Shown here one piece after another: positions 31,366 to 32,000 of a DNA stretch of 32,000 bases. Both the position numbers and the translations under genes were made by a program. Each line of letters opens with the position of its first letter. Position 1 is the stretch's first letter. The stretch is from Candidatus Iainarchaeum sp. (GTDB taxonomy: Archaea; Iainarchaeota; Iainarchaeia; Iainarchaeales; JACQJH01), in the NCBI GenBank assembly GCA_016205145.1, contig JACQJH010000002.1:240001-272000 (forward strand). Direction: 5' to 3'. The notes beneath the pieces are model-generated. The model was not told the DNA's origin and ran no database searches. It saw only the letters and a program-made list of their open reading frames with translations.

Positions 31366-32000
31366 ATGACCCGTATGCATATTACCTGTTTGAATGGCTT
31401 TTTGATGGGAAAAGAAAGCGGCGGAGCAAAAAGAATCAATTATATTACACGGAATCTTTCAAGGCATTTTACCGTGACCAGAATGGACTTTGCCAGCACC
31501 ATAAAACTGGTGAAGCCAGCGGAGGAAACAATCTTGAACAAAAGCCTCACAAGATATGGCTTGCCACAAAGTCCAATTCTTAACGGGAGCCTGAAGGCAA
31601 TTGGCGTGCCGTATGGCGTGAGACAGCATTATTGCTCTGGCGGATGGTCGTTGCCTTCGAAGGTCATGGAAAAGGCAGGCAGCCCAGACATTATACAGGT
31701 TGAATTCCCGTACCTGTTCGAATTCGCGGCAAAAAAATTCCCCGGCAAAAAAATTGTGCTTTCCGAGCATAACGTGGAACTTGACATGCAGCCCATCATC
31801 GCAAAAGAGCACAAGATTAGAAAATTTTTTTATGCAAAAATTGAGGAAATAGAAAGAAATGCCGTTCAAAGTTCCGACGCAATTGTCACGGTTTCTGCGG
31901 AAGACGGACGAAGGATTTGCAGGCATTACAGCATAAAAAAAGGCAAAATAATCGTTTGCCCGAACGGCGCCGATACAAGGGAAATCGTGCCGGCTACAGC
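31366..32000 (+). CDS. Glycosyltransferase, GT4 family, partial (runs off the right edge)
   Basis: Not in the ORF track because there is no stop in the window. Hand translation from ATG 31366 gives MTRMHITCLNGFLMGKESGGAKRINYITRNLSRHF...IIQVEFPYLFEFAAKKFPGKKIVLSEHNVELD...ERNAVQSSDAIVTVSAEDGRRICRHYSIKKGKIIVCPNGAD, a typical GT4 N-terminal domain. AGGA lies 9 nt upstream. The antisense ORF 31459..31926 was rejected. Confidence 0.75.
   Translation, partial: MTRMHITCLNGFLMGKESGGAKRINYITRNLSRHFTVTRMDFASTIKLVKPAEETILNKSLTRYGLPQSPILNGSLKAIGVPYGVRQHYCSGGWSLPSKVMEKAGSPDIIQVEFPYLFEFAAKKFPGKKIVLSEHNVELDMQPIIAKEHKIRKFFYAKIEEIERNAVQSSDAIVTVSAEDGRRICRHYSIKKGKIIVCPNGADTREIVPAT

Noticed and set aside
31459-31926. 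155 aa minus-strand ORF
   Set aside because: It is antisense to the open-ended + strand GT4 gene starting at 31366, which has clear glycosyltransferase N-terminal-domain features.
1-32000. CRISPR arrays, tRNA/rRNA genes, transposases, integrases and reverse transcriptases (DGR)
   Set aside because: I scanned all spacers longer than 40 nt (for example 5476-5588, 7354-7425, 13581-13708, 14576-14700, 17913-17993, 18726-18806, 19317-19475, 19653-19836, 24317-24423, 28829-29012). I found no repeat-spacer periodicity, no cloverleaf-compatible sequence and no ORF with recombinase or RT motifs. This was done by eye only, so tRNAscan/Infernal should confirm it.

Overview
This 32 kb window looks like a fragment of a small-genome (DPANN-like) archaeon. 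That placement is inferred from an EndA-type tRNA-splicing endonuclease, an archaeal/eukaryotic-type TrpRS, two histone-fold proteins and TTTAWATA-like boxes upstream of genes. No rRNA, tRNA, CRISPR array, transposase or integrase was seen.

There are three blocks:

(1) 1-14575: twelve co-directional minus-strand genes.
- A secreted lysozyme/glucosaminidase-like protein, open at the left edge and missing from the ORF track.
- SufS.
- An 889 aa secreted protein.
- Three tandem copies of a two-gene module: a ~200 aa signal-anchored protein with a conserved Cys pair, followed by a 390-490 aa secreted/membrane protein. I recognise no family for either.
- A collagen-like (GXY)13 protein and two paralogous Arg-rich coiled-coil proteins, on a GC-rich stretch.

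(2) 14.6-19.7 kb: housekeeping and small genes. These are a DNA-binding-like protein, a nucleotidyltransferase-fold three-gene operon, TrpRS, a SAM methyltransferase, EndA, and an untracked 58 aa histone-fold/DUF1931-like gene.

(3) 19.8-32 kb: a low-GC surface-glycan cluster. It holds four or five GT4 glycosyltransferases, an AsnB-like amidotransferase, a Wzy/O-antigen-ligase-like protein next to a decayed paralog, a DUF4330 protein and a monotopic phosphoglycosyl transferase. A tailed histone-fold protein is embedded in the cluster.

The best candidate for an undescribed system is the triplicated S+L module and its neighbours (2806-14575). I propose it is a cell-envelope or host-contact apparatus, which is inference only.
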